A DNA stretch of 64,000 nucleotides. It comes from Deltaproteobacteria bacterium. Lineage in GTDB: Bacteria > Desulfobacterota > JAENJC01. Location: NCBI GenBank assembly GCA_030646755.1, contig JAUSKU010000033.1:28-64027 (forward strand), written 5' to 3'. Within the stretch, counting starts at the first letter, position 1. The number at the start of each line of letters is the position of its first letter. The position numbers and the translations under genes were made by a program. Positions 37,736 to 47,266 of this stretch are shown piece after piece. The notes beneath the pieces were generated by a model, which worked only from the letters and a program-made list of their open reading frames with translations, searched no databases and was not told where the DNA came from.

Positions 37736-38032
37736 ATGGAAAGAATCCCGTACGGGAAGTACAGCAAGGAATTCAGACAGGAGGCAGTAAAGCTTGTAAT
37801 TGAAGGAGACCTATCAATACCAGAGGCAGGGAGGCGGTTATCTCTGGCTCCATCAACCTTAGGCAACTGGGTAAGAGCCTATAAGAAAGGGAAGCTCTCA
37901 GAAGTGGGGAAAGGCCATAAACCGCTAACGGAAGTAGAGATGGAAAACTACAAACTCAAGAAAGAACTTTCAGAAGTAAAGATGGAGCGGGACATATTAA
38001 AAAAAGCGGCAGCGTACTTTGCGAAGGAGTAG
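37736..38032 (+). CDS. IS3 transposase OrfA (HTH)
   Basis: YSKEFRQEAVKLV, STLGNWV, ERDILKKAAAYFAKE. Confidence 0.9.
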   Translation: MERIPYGKYSKEFRQEAVKLVIEGDLSIPEAGRRLSLAPSTLGNWVRAYKKGKLSEVGKGHKPLTEVEMENYKLKKELSEVKMERDILKKAAAYFAKE

Positions 38033-38046
38033 CAGCGAGGTGCGCG

Positions 38047-38902
38047 ATGATAAAAAGACTGCGGCTCTGCCATCCGATACCTCCCCTTTGCCGGGCGCTT
38101 AACGTCTCAGTGAGCGGATATTACGCATGGTCCACCAGGAAACCGTCAAAGCGTGCACTGGAAGATGCGAGACTGGAATTAGAGATACAGGCAGCCAATA
38201 AGAGAACCCGTGGCACCTGCGGCCCTGAGCGCTTGAAAGAAGACATGAAGGAGCATGGAGTTGATGCAGGGTATACGAAGGCTTCGTAAAAAGCTCGGCA
38301 TTAAATGCAAACAGGTAAAGAAGTTCAGAGCAACCACCGATTCCGATCACATACTGCCTGTGGCAGACAACCTTTTGGAACAGAGATTCGAGGCCATAGA
38401 ACCTAATAAGGTATGGGTATCAGACATTACCTATATACCTGCAGATGAAGGCTGGCTTTACCTTGCAGGGCATAAAGACATATGCACCGGCGAGGTAGTA
38501 GGGCATGCCATGTCAGACAGGATGACAAAAAACCTGGTCAGCCGGTCTTTATTCAGAGCAGTATCACCTAAGAGGCCTGAAAAAGGGCTTGTACACCATT
38601 CAGATCGTGGGAGCCAGTACTGCGCCCATGACTACAAAGAGCTTCTTGAACAGTTCGGCATGAAATCATCAATGAGCAGAAGAGGGAACCGTTATGACAA
38701 CGCCCCTATGGAGAGCTTTTGGGGAACGCTGAAGAATGAGCTTGTGCATCACAGTCGTTACAGAACAAGGCAAGAAGCACTGCAGGAGATCACCGAGTAT
38801 ATAGAGGTCTTTTACAACAGGCAAAGAAGGCAGAAACGGTTGGGGTATCTATCACCTGCCGCCTATGAAAAACAGTTTTATGAAAAAAGGCTCGCAGCAT
38901 GA
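38047..38902 (+). pseudogene. IS3 transposase OrfB (DDE), frameshifted near 38270-38290
   Basis: N-part (LC..L.VS.SGYYAW) and C-part (W..DITY, HHSDRGSQY, DNA.MESF) lie in different frames. Confidence 0.85.
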
Positions 38903-39045
38903 GGCAATTGGTGTCCACTATTGACGGCAGGGGTCAAGGGGCCGGTTGACTTAAAGATCAGGTTCGTATCCGTAAACCTATGTAGTAAGAATACAGGAAA
39001 ATAGGGTATGGACTTCCTGTCCTGATATTTTGTGGTAAAAAGTTC

Positions 39046-39074
39046 TTGACAAAAAAAATGTAACACTATATAGT
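39046..39074 (+). promoter_or_regulatory. sigma70 promoter of rplU-rpmA
   Basis: TTGACA-N17-TATAGT. Confidence 0.7.
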
Positions 39075-39102
39075 TTCTCTTTTCAAAATCAGGAGGCTTT
39101 TT

Positions 39103-39414
39103 ATGTACGCTATAGTGAAAACGGGCGGGAAACAGTACAGGGTGGCAGCAGGCGACACCCTCAGGGTCGAAAGGATAGCCGGGGATAAGGGGTCAATGGT
39201 GGAATTGACAGATGTCCTTATGGTGACAACCGACCAGGAAGTCAAGGTCGGGAAACCCACTGTTGCCGGGGCCAAGGTTGTAGGCCAGATCGTTGAGCAG
39301 GACAGGGCCAAGAAGATCCTGGTCTTCAAGTCCAAGAGGAGAAAGAGCTCAAGGAAGATGATCGGCCACAGGCAGGATTACACTGCACTTAAGATAAAAG
39401 AGATCGTAGTATAA
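39103..39414 (+). CDS. rplU: 50S ribosomal protein L21
   Basis: MYAIVKTGGKQYRV, GHRQDYT. Confidence 0.98.
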   Translation: MYAIVKTGGKQYRVAAGDTLRVERIAGDKGSMVELTDVLMVTTDQEVKVGKPTVAGAKVVGQIVEQDRAKKILVFKSKRRKSSRKMIGHRQDYTALKIKEIVV

Positions 39415-39428
39415 GGTAGGAGGGTTCC

Positions 39429-39701
39429 ATGGCACATAAAAAAGGTGTTGGCAGTTCAAGAAACGGGAGAGACAGCGCAGGTCAGCGCAGGGGCGTCAAG
39501 GTGTTTGGCGGCCAGGTCGTTAAGGGCGGCAGCATCATCGTGCGCCAGGTAGGCACCAAGATCCACCCTGGAACTAATGTCGGCATGGGGAAGGATTTTA
39601 CCCTGTTCGCAAAGATACCAGGAGTTGTGACCTTTGAGAGAATGGGCAAGGACAGGAAAAAGGTCAGCGTATATGCGCCTGCACCGCAGGCATTAGCATA
39701 A
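39429..39701 (+). CDS. rpmA: 50S ribosomal protein L27
   Basis: [16 protein letters not shown]. Confidence 0.98.
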   Translation: MAHKKGVGSSRNGRDSAGQRRGVKVFGGQVVKGGSIIVRQVGTKIHPGTNVGMGKDFTLFAKIPGVVTFERMGKDRKKVSVYAPAPQALA

Positions 39702-39730
39702 GGTAATTCTTTCGTATCCGGTATGTTGAA

Positions 39731-39768
39731 GAAGGGGAAATGGAGGTATCCATTTCCCTTTTATTTTT
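39731..39768 (+). terminator. Intrinsic terminator between rpmA and obgE
   Basis: GGGAAATGGA-GGTA-TCCATTTCCC followed by a T-run. Confidence 0.7.
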
Positions 39769-39790
39769 TGTATTCCTGGCACCCACCATT

Positions 39791-40807
39791 ATGAAATTCA
39801 TTGATGAAGTCAAAATATTTGTCAGTTCCGGCCATGGAGGAAGGGGCTGTGTAAGCTTTCGAAGGGAGAAGTTCATCCCCAGGGGCGGCCCCAACGGCGG
39901 TGACGGCGGAAGGGGTGGGGACGTGGTTTTTATTGGCGACAGTCAGCTTTCCACCCTCCTTGACCTCAGATACCAGCAGCAATACAGGGCCGGGGAAGGT
40001 GAGCACGGCATGGGTCGGGACAAGCATGGAAAAGACGCCGAGAACCTTATTGTCCGTGTCCCGGTAGGCACCGTGATAAAAGAGTTTGAGACAGGAGATG
40101 TTCTCTACGACCTCACCCATGATGGAGAAAGGTTTGTTGCCGCCAGGGGTGGAATTGGCGGAAAAGGGAATGCATTCTTTAAATCGGCCACTCACCAGGC
40201 CCCGAAGTTTGCCCAGCCGGGAATGCCTGGCGAGGAAAATTGGCTTCAGCTTGAACTGAAACTCCTGGCAGATGTGGGGCTTATAGGATTCCCAAACGTC
40301 GGGAAGTCCACCCTTATATCGAAGATATCCGCATCAAAACCAAAGATAGCAGACTATCCTTTCACGACCCTTACACCTAACCTTGGGGTGGTGCGGGTGA
40401 GGGAGAGCCAGAACTTCGTTGTTGCAGATATCCCAGGGATAATAGAGGGTGCCCATGAAGGGCACGGCCTGGGACTCAAATTCCTCAAGCATGTGGAAAG
40501 GACAAGCCTCCTGCTGCATCTCCTCGATCCCTCCGACTTCACCAACAGGGACATGATAAACGACTATGAGGTCCTGAACAGGGAGCTTAAGCTCTACAGC
40601 GCATCCCTCGCAAAAAGGCCCCAGGTAATAGTCGTTAACAAGATGGACCTGACTGAGGCCCCGGAGAAGCTCAAGAAGTTTGAGGCTTATCTGAAGAAAA
40701 AAAGAAAAAAGGTAAAACTCTTCCCCATATCTGCCGCTACAGGCTCTGGAATAAAAGAGCTCATATCTTATACCTTCGATATGCTAACAGAATTGAAGAC
40801 AAAATAA
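39791..40807 (+). CDS. obgE: GTPase ObgE
   Basis: MKFIDEV, GGPNGGDGGRGG, GFPNVGKST, DIPG, NKMD. Confidence 0.97.
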   Translation: MKFIDEVKIFVSSGHGGRGCVSFRREKFIPRGGPNGGDGGRGGDVVFIGDSQLSTLLDLRYQQQYRAGEGEHGMGRDKHGKDAENLIVRVPVGTVIKEFETGDVLYDLTHDGERFVAARGGIGGKGNAFFKSATHQAPKFAQPGMPGEENWLQLELKLLADVGLIGFPNVGKSTLISKISASKPKIADYPFTTLTPNLGVVRVRESQNFVVADIPGIIEGAHEGHGLGLKFLKHVERTSLLLHLLDPSDFTNRDMINDYEVLNRELKLYSASLAKRPQVIVVNKMDLTEAPEKLKKFEAYLKKKRKKVKLFPISAATGSGIKELISYTFDMLTELKTK

Positions 40808-40921
40808 GCCCCATGATTGCCTTTAATCAGGTACTTATGGTATATTATTTAAATATAATGGTTAATGCATTTCTCTCTGAAATGCTTGTAAGGCCTGTGT
40901 CTATTATTTTTTGAGGTCTCT

Positions 40922-41992
40922 ATGAAGATCACTTTTGTAAAGAAGATAAAGGAAGACGGCGAGGAGTGCAAAAAATGCCGTGAAGTCACCGAGCGGTTAA
41001 AGGCAGGGAACGAGCTGACCCTTATTGATAAGATTGTTTATGCCGACATGAGGGACGCGGACTCGGTCGGCCTTAAACTAGCAAAAGAGCATAATATCGA
41101 CATTGCGCCCTTCTTTATAGTTGAAAGCGAAGGGAATGTAACGGTATATAAGACCTATATGGAGCTGAAGAAAAAGATTTTGAAGAAGGCCCTCGAAAAG
41201 GCCGATATCGAGATAGAGGAGAGGCGTAAGGCAAATGCGGGGATAGATAGCGGTGATCTGACGCAGTCGAAGACGAAAACGAAACCCGCTTTTGATATTG
41301 AACAGTTGAATGAAGAGTTTGAAAGGAAGATGCCCCAGGAGCTTCTGGAGTGGGGGCTTAAAGAGTTTCATCCATGCATAGCCTTTGCCTGGAGCGGCGC
41401 TGAAGATGTGGCGATTTTGGATATGTTGGTAAAGATCAACCCGAAGGCCCGCATCTTCACCCTTGACACAGGAAGGCTCAATCCTGAGACATATGACTTG
41501 ATTGACAGGGTGCGTGAAAGGTACGGAATCGATATTGAGGTCATGTTCCCTGACGCGGCAGAAGTTGAGGAGATGGTGCGGGAGCATGGGGTAAACCTCT
41601 TTTATCAGAGCGTTGAGAACCGCCAGCTCTGCTGTAATCTAAGAAAGGTCCAACCCCTGAAGCGCATGCTTTCCAGCCTGGATGCCTGGATAACAGGTCT
41701 GCGCCGTGGCCAGGCAGTCACAAGGACTGTATTAAAGAAGATAGAGATTGATGAGTCCTTCGGCGGGATTATAAAATTGAATCCCCTTGCCGACTGGAGC
41801 CATAAAGATGTCTGGGACTATATTCATAAAAACAACGTCCCATATAATGAGCTTCATGACAAGGGATATCCGTCCATCGGTTGCGCGCCATGCACCCGTT
41901 TTGTCAAACCAGATGAAGATATCCGCGCCGGCCGCTGGTGGTGGGAGTCTCCCGAAGGCAAGGAGTGCGGCCTACATGTCAAGTCCAAGTGA
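40922..41992 (+). CDS. cysH: Fe-S APS reductase (CysH-type) with an N-terminal CxxC thioredoxin-like domain
   Basis: LDTGRL, CC.LRK..PL, W.TG.R, YPSIGCAPCT, ECGLH; extra N-terminal domain of about 100 aa containing CKKC. Confidence 0.85.
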   Translation: MKITFVKKIKEDGEECKKCREVTERLKAGNELTLIDKIVYADMRDADSVGLKLAKEHNIDIAPFFIVESEGNVTVYKTYMELKKKILKKALEKADIEIEERRKANAGIDSGDLTQSKTKTKPAFDIEQLNEEFERKMPQELLEWGLKEFHPCIAFAWSGAEDVAILDMLVKINPKARIFTLDTGRLNPETYDLIDRVRERYGIDIEVMFPDAAEVEEMVREHGVNLFYQSVENRQLCCNLRKVQPLKRMLSSLDAWITGLRRGQAVTRTVLKKIEIDESFGGIIKLNPLADWSHKDVWDYIHKNNVPYNELHDKGYPSIGCAPCTRFVKPDEDIRAGRWWWESPEGKECGLHVKSK

Positions 41993-42222
41993 ACTAACCC
42001 TCTTTTTTATTATCCCAATAGCCTCTTGCAAAACTCTCCAAACTTGCCGGCTTTCCCAAGATAGAATTAGATCCCAGGTAGGACCATTTCTTTTCTCCAT
42101 CCCCTTCTACAGCCCAAAAAACCAGATACAGGCATGGTCACTTGACAACATTCTATTATAGGTTAAATTTAAGAAAATAAAATGTCTGTAGAGCGACAAA
42201 AATAAAACATAAGGAGGAAGGT

Positions 42223-42648
42223 ATGAGCAAGAAGATTATCGATGTGTTGAATGAGGACAGGGAATTTGAGCTTGGGGCCATAATGCAGTACATGGGCCAT
42301 CACTACGAGGCAGATGGACTGGAAAGCCCGGCGATCATTGAGTTGTTCAAGAAGACTGCTATCGATGAGATGAAGCACGCAGAGTTACTGGCGGAGAGGA
42401 TTGTATATCTGGGGGGAACCCCTTCCACAAAACCTTCCAAAATAATGAAGGGAGGGGAAATCAGGAAGATGGTAAGCGATGACCTTTCGGCTGAAAATGG
42501 CGCCATCGAGAGGTATAAAAAACATATCAAGCTCTGCGAAAAGGAAGGAGACCCTACCACAAGGTTGATGCTGGAAGGTATCCTTTCCGAGGAAGAAGGC
42601 CATGCAGACCTTTGGGAGACGACCCTGGGGATCAAAGGGAAGAAGTGA
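42223..42648 (+). CDS. bfr: Bacterioferritin-like protein
   Basis: E..AI.QY..H, DEMKHAE.LAERI.YLGG.P, EEEGH ferroxidase residues. Confidence 0.85.
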   Translation: MSKKIIDVLNEDREFELGAIMQYMGHHYEADGLESPAIIELFKKTAIDEMKHAELLAERIVYLGGTPSTKPSKIMKGGEIRKMVSDDLSAENGAIERYKKHIKLCEKEGDPTTRLMLEGILSEEEGHADLWETTLGIKGKK

Positions 42649-42818
42649 TTCAGTTGCGGAAATTTAATTTCAGAGATGTAAACAATGCGGAGTTTGGGCG
42701 GGTCTTGTCCCCGCCCAAACTGTACAATGATATCTCCATTATTTTCTTTCACGCAAGCCCCTTTCAAAACAGACCGAATTGGTATTAGATAAAAAAGACC
42801 GGTTTGCTCTTTTTTCTC

Positions 42819-42865
42819 TTGACAATCTTTTTTTATATATTAAACTGATAACAGTTCTTATTATT
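42819..42865 (+). promoter_or_regulatory. Promoter with putative Fur/Per box
   Basis: TTGACA(42819)-N16-TAAACT followed by GATAACAGTTCTTATTATT(42847-42865). Confidence 0.55.
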
Positions 42866-42888
42866 GATTAATTTAAAATTAAGCGCCT

Positions 42889-43323
42889 ATGAAAAATAAT
42901 AAAAAAACTTTGTTTGTAAGAAAGAGCAGGCAGAGGGAAGTCATGTTAGAGGTCCTGAAAGGAACCAAGTCTCATCCTACTGCAGACTGGATTTATCAGG
43001 AGGTAAGAAAGAGTCTCCCTAAAATCAGTCTTGGAACGGTCTACAGGAATCTCAAGCTCCTCAAAGAAAGAGGTGAGATACTGGAACTCCATTACGGTGA
43101 CGGGCAGAGCAGGTTTGATGGGAATACTGAAAACCATTACCACTTTAACTGTCAGGGGTGCGGGAAGGTTTATGATGTCGAGGGACCTCTAAAAAAGGAT
43201 ATGGAAAGGGATATAGCTGAAAAGCTCGGTTTTGTCATCACGCATCATAGGGTCGAGTTCTATGGAGTTTGCAGGGAGTGCCGGGAGGAGGTAAGCTTGC
43301 ATCTTAAGGAAGAGAGACTATGA
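42889..43323 (+). CDS. perR: Fur-family regulator, PerR-like
   Basis: HPTA, SLGTVYRNL, RFDG...HYH..CxxC..VYD, CxxC; His/Asp ligand pattern of PerR. Confidence 0.8.
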   Translation: MKNNKKTLFVRKSRQREVMLEVLKGTKSHPTADWIYQEVRKSLPKISLGTVYRNLKLLKERGEILELHYGDGQSRFDGNTENHYHFNCQGCGKVYDVEGPLKKDMERDIAEKLGFVITHHRVEFYGVCRECREEVSLHLKEERL

Positions 43324-45212
43324 GTATAAAGGTTTATACGCTTTCGACATGTCTTTATTGCGAAAAGACGATAGAGTTTCTGAGGTCAAGCGGGATTGAG
43401 TTTGAGACCCTCGTCATGGACCAGCTTTCCGGCAAGGAGCAGGAAAAGGCCGTTGCCGAGGCATACAGGCTCAGTGGCCAGAGGAGCTACCCTGTTACTG
43501 ATGTGAATGGGACCGGGGTGATAGGGTACGATATTAAAAGGTTCAAGAAGCTATTGGCCATAGAAGAAAGAGGTGAACCGGCTCCTCAGGCCCCGGTTAA
43601 GGCCATAGTAGCTGATGATAAGGCAGTAGAAAAACTCAGGACTGAGGCACGGCAGACCGGATATCTTCTTAACCCTGAGGAAGAAGCAGTTAATACTCTG
43701 GTATCAGGGCTTTTGAAGAACGAGGTCAGATACGGGTACCGTTCTTGCCCTTGCAGGCTGTCAACCGGTGATTATAATAAGGACTGCGACATCATATGTC
43801 CGTGTGCATACAGGGACTGGGACCTGGATACTTACGGCCGGTGTTACTGCGGCTTGTATGTGACTGATGGCTTCATAGAGGGCGTCGCAAAGATCACACC
43901 AATACCCGACTCCAGAGAGGGCCTGCCTGCTGCCGGGACAAAAGAGGAAAGAGAAGGGAAGGTATGCGAGACCCTCGCCCAACCTATAAAAGCCGATATA
44001 AAGGAGATCATAAAGGTATTTTCATACACCCTTAGAGCGGATGAAAGGGCTGCCCTGAAAGAGGAATTTGAGAGGGTAGCTAAGTCCTTGGGGATAGAAA
44101 GGGTTGTTTGGCGGGGCGAAACAGCGGACGGGGTTAAAGAGGCAGGTGATGGAGGGAAGCTCAGTCTCAGTCTCCTGCAGGGGATGGATGAATATGTATA
44201 TTTCCTCAGGGTTTTCCCCGACAGGGAAGGAAGGATTGACAGCGAAGCCTCAAGGATCTGTACAGGATTCTTCCAGGAAAGGCCCAATGAGTTATACCAT
44301 TTGGATATCATTGTGGGGGAAGCCATTCCCGACCTTCTAACCAGGGATGTAAAGGGCCAGAGGCTCAAAGACGGAACCACAGTAATTTCCGGTTATGAGC
44401 TGAAGGAGAAAGTTCGGAGATACGTTATAAAACCCGTGTCGGCTGGTAAAGCCGACAAAATAGTAGACGATATCGTAAGGCTTGAGACCTGCTACAACCT
44501 GCTCCTTTCCCAGAGGCAGAAATACCTGCTCCTTGCAGACCAGCTTGGGAGGCTTGAAGAGGGAACAGCAACCAATATGGGGGTAATAAATCTCAACATC
44601 TCCAAGGCCGACGGGAAGACCCTCAAAGACTGGCTGCACTCCCTCAGTGTTAATTTCGGGGAGGTCTCCGGGATAACGGAAGAGCTTAAAAAGCATGCCG
44701 CTGATACGGAAGGCAGGAGAAGCGTCTTGCAGTCTATCCTTGAAAGCTGGGGGAGTGAGCCGGTAGAAGGCCTACGGATAATATCGGAGCCTCTTCAGTT
44801 CTATACCAGGACGGTTGGGGATGATTATGGGCGGCTAATCCAGAGGATAGAAGGGATAAGGAGGGAGATGGGGGATGTGATAACCATCTTAAGGACAAAG
44901 GTAGACCTCATTCAACAGGAACAGTCCCTGGACATACAGAGGAGCATGCATGAGACGGCCAAGACCCAACTTAAGATGCAGAGGGCTGTGGAGAGCCTGG
45001 AGGTTTTTATCGTGACATACTACCTGACTTCCCTCGCCAAGATAACATTTGAGGCCCTGGCAGCCCAGGGAAGGTACCTGCCTGATAAACCGATAATCCT
45101 GGCCGGCTACCTTATACCTGTATTCTTCATCTTTTCAATTTTCCTTTCGGGCAAGATAAGTCATCTCTTTGAGACTGTGAGAGGTCGTTTTAGGGGGAAG
45201 GGTCATGAGTGA
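43320..45212 (+). CDS. Fusion: glutaredoxin + ferredoxin:thioredoxin reductase catalytic domain + DUF3422/CorA-like membrane domain
   Basis: CLYC; CPCRL, ICPC, CYCGL; long helical stalk and two C-terminal TM helices (QLKMQRAVESLEVFIVTYYL). Confidence 0.75.
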   Translation: MSIKVYTLSTCLYCEKTIEFLRSSGIEFETLVMDQLSGKEQEKAVAEAYRLSGQRSYPVTDVNGTGVIGYDIKRFKKLLAIEERGEPAPQAPVKAIVADDKAVEKLRTEARQTGYLLNPEEEAVNTLVSGLLKNEVRYGYRSCPCRLSTGDYNKDCDIICPCAYRDWDLDTYGRCYCGLYVTDGFIEGVAKITPIPDSREGLPAAGTKEEREGKVCETLAQPIKADIKEIIKVFSYTLRADERAALKEEFERVAKSLGIERVVWRGETADGVKEAGDGGKLSLSLLQGMDEYVYFLRVFPDREGRIDSEASRICTGFFQERPNELYHLDIIVGEAIPDLLTRDVKGQRLKDGTTVISGYELKEKVRRYVIKPVSAGKADKIVDDIVRLETCYNLLLSQRQKYLLLADQLGRLEEGTATNMGVINLNISKADGKTLKDWLHSLSVNFGEVSGITEELKKHAADTEGRRSVLQSILESWGSEPVEGLRIISEPLQFYTRTVGDDYGRLIQRIEGIRREMGDVITILRTKVDLIQQEQSLDIQRSMHETAKTQLKMQRAVESLEVFIVTYYLTSLAKITFEALAAQGRYLPDKPIILAGYLIPVFFIFSIFLSGKISHLFETVRGRFRGKGHE

Positions 45213-45417
45213 GTTAAAGGAAGACATAGAGATGCTTAAAAAGGCCCTCGAACTGGAAGGGGAGGCTATGAGCAGGTATATAAAACATATTTCATCCATA
45301 AGAGACCCGAGAGTAAATGCGGCACTGGAAGGTTTCAGGCGGAATGAGACTGGGCATAAGAGCGAGATAGAAGGATTGATGGAAAGGCTGGATAAGACCT
45401 TAAAAGGCGATGGATAA
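45205..45417 (+). CDS. Half ferritin-like (two-helix) protein
   Basis: ALELE...Y and ETGH di-iron half-site; overlaps both neighbours. Confidence 0.75.
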   Translation: MSELKEDIEMLKKALELEGEAMSRYIKHISSIRDPRVNAALEGFRRNETGHKSEIEGLMERLDKTLKGDG

Positions 45418-45769
45418 GATGAGGGGATACAAGACAGTCCTTAAACTTTTAAATGAAGACCTTACAGCAGAAAGAGCTGCAGTCAGGACCTACAGGGAGT
45501 TTGCCGCCGTATCGTTCAGTGCTGAGACAAGGGAAATGTTCATGGAGTTTGCCAGGTCCGAACAGGGGCACGCCAACGGCCTTCTGAAGCTCATAATGGA
45601 TATAGAAAACGGTGAAAATGAGGTCGTGTTTTACTGTCCTGTATGCGGCTGGGAGGTGAACTTCGGGAAGAGGCCGGAACCTGGAAAAGAGGCAAGATGC
45701 AGGATGTGTGGCGTCATATTTGTCCTGGCCGAGGTTGATGGAGATTACCAACTACAAAAGGTAGTTTAA
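45410..45769 (+). CDS. Half ferritin-like domain plus CxxC..CxxC ribbon
   Basis: AE..A...Y, EQGH; CPVCG and CRMCG. Confidence 0.75.
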   Translation: MDKMRGYKTVLKLLNEDLTAERAAVRTYREFAAVSFSAETREMFMEFARSEQGHANGLLKLIMDIENGENEVVFYCPVCGWEVNFGKRPEPGKEARCRMCGVIFVLAEVDGDYQLQKVV

Positions 45770-45781
45770 GGGAGGTAAATA

Positions 45782-45928
45782 ATGAAAAGCGTTATATGTC
45801 CGGTTTGTGGAGCCAGGGTAATGTTGGGTTTCGGCGCCAAGGAAGGGGATATTGTCACATGCCAGAAGTGCGGCGCAAGGCTTAGGTTGATCTCGGATGG
45901 AAGCGGGTTCAGGGCGGCAGCTGCATAA
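45782..45928 (+). CDS. 48-aa zinc/iron ribbon protein (LysW-like fold without the EDWGE tail); missing from the ORF track
   Basis: GGAGG RBS; MKSVICPVCG...GDIVTCQKCGARL. Confidence 0.75.
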   Translation: MKSVICPVCGARVMLGFGAKEGDIVTCQKCGARLRLISDGSGFRAAAA

Positions 45929-45943
45929 AAAAGGAGAGGTTTT

Positions 45944-46351
45944 ATGGAAAAGATAAACTGGGATGACAGTTTCAGCGTCGGCGTCAAAAAGATAGACGAA
46001 CAACACAGGCAGATAATCGGAATTATAAATAAGCTGATCGATTCGACCAATGCCTCGGTTGATTCGGAATTGATTTCCGACACATTAATGGAAATGGCAC
46101 AATATGCATCCGATCATTTTGAAACAGAGGAACATTTGCTGACGGAATATAAATATCCCGACTATAAATCTCATAAAGACCACCATATAGAGTTCAGAAA
46201 AAATACAGTCAACTTCAGCATGGATACTCTGAAATATAAAAGGACTGTTCCTGTAGAAATCTTGACATATCTTAAGGAGTGGTGGGTAAACCATATCCTT
46301 AAGATTGATATGAAATATAAGGCATTCTTTGTCGAGAAAGATGTAAAGTAA
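45944..46351 (+). CDS. Bacteriohemerythrin
   Basis: W...SVGV..IDEQH, HF..EE, H...H, W..NHI...D. Confidence 0.92.
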   Translation: MEKINWDDSFSVGVKKIDEQHRQIIGIINKLIDSTNASVDSELISDTLMEMAQYASDHFETEEHLLTEYKYPDYKSHKDHHIEFRKNTVNFSMDTLKYKRTVPVEILTYLKEWWVNHILKIDMKYKAFFVEKDVK

Positions 46352-46377
46352 TTATCCTGAAAGGATAAGTAGTTAAT

Positions 46378-47250
46378 ATGAGAGAGATCATCAACTGGCT
46401 TGCCGGGATTGAATGTAGGGCGTCTAAGATTTACGAAAAGGCAGAATCCATATTTCAAGATGATTCAGAACTTGCTGATTTCTTAGGGCATCTGGCCGAA
46501 GAAGAAAAGATGCATTACGAATCTATGTGCAAGGCCGCTGAATTGATAGACAACAAAGACATTCCTTCCATTGTGGCCCTGATTGATTCCACAAAGCAGG
46601 GTGTTGAGGTCCCTTTCCTATTGTGTGAAGCGAAGATAGAGGCAAAGGCCTTAAATAAAAAGGACCTGCTTGATTTCATGGTCTCAACTGAATTCTTGGA
46701 ATGGAACCAGTTATTTCTTTACGTAATTAATACATTGAAGCATGAACACAGGGAATTTATCCCGATGGTAGCAGGCATCCAGCAGCATAAGAGATCAGTA
46801 GAAAGGTTTATTAAGTCTCAACCCGGATATGAGGAATTTCTTAAAAGGTTGAAATCCCTCCCTGCAATATGGCGGGAGAAGATACTGGTGGTGGATGATA
46901 CTAAAATGATAGTTGATCTCCTTCACGCAGTCCTAAAAGAGGAAGGTGACATTGAAACTGCCGCCAATGGCAAAGAGGGGCTTAAGAAGATAGGCGAGAA
47001 ATACTTTTCGGCCATTATAACAGATCTGAATATGCCCGTCATGAACGGAATAGAGTTCTACAATAAGGCAGTTGAGATGTATCCAAATATAAAGGAGCGA
47101 TTCTTGTTTTTCACAGATGCTTTTGATGAAGAGTACAGTCTGTCATTTTTCAGGAAAAACGACATCAGGTATCTTCAGAAGCCTTCGCCTATAGGCGATA
47201 TAATTAAAGCTATCGTAGAGATTCAGAGCAGGGAGATGTTAATTAAATGA
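46378..47250 (+). CDS. Ferritin-like N-terminal domain plus C-terminal receiver domain
   Basis: IE..A..IY, LAEEEKMH; ILVVDD, TDLNMP.MNG, KP. Confidence 0.75.
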   Translation: MREIINWLAGIECRASKIYEKAESIFQDDSELADFLGHLAEEEKMHYESMCKAAELIDNKDIPSIVALIDSTKQGVEVPFLLCEAKIEAKALNKKDLLDFMVSTEFLEWNQLFLYVINTLKHEHREFIPMVAGIQQHKRSVERFIKSQPGYEEFLKRLKSLPAIWREKILVVDDTKMIVDLLHAVLKEEGDIETAANGKEGLKKIGEKYFSAIITDLNMPVMNGIEFYNKAVEMYPNIKERFLFFTDAFDEEYSLSFFRKNDIRYLQKPSPIGDIIKAIVEIQSREMLIK

Positions 47251-47266
47251 AAAGGGGGTGAAAATC

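Larger units (their letters stand above)
37673..38936 (+). mobile_element. IS3-family insertion sequence (1264 bp), degenerate
   Basis: 27-bp imperfect IRs sharing AGTGGACACC (37673-37699 and 38910-38936); orfA/orfB; A7G slippery site at 37999-38006; left end TA instead of TG; no TSD visible. Confidence 0.9.

Noticed and set aside
43964-44035. Out-of-frame ATG with an RBS-like sequence in the fusion linker as a separate gene start
   Set aside because: That frame closes after 23 codons, while the main frame stays open.
45782-45928. LysW amino-group carrier protein
   Set aside because: It lacks the C-terminal EDWGE tail and has no lysX/argX neighbours; the context is redox.
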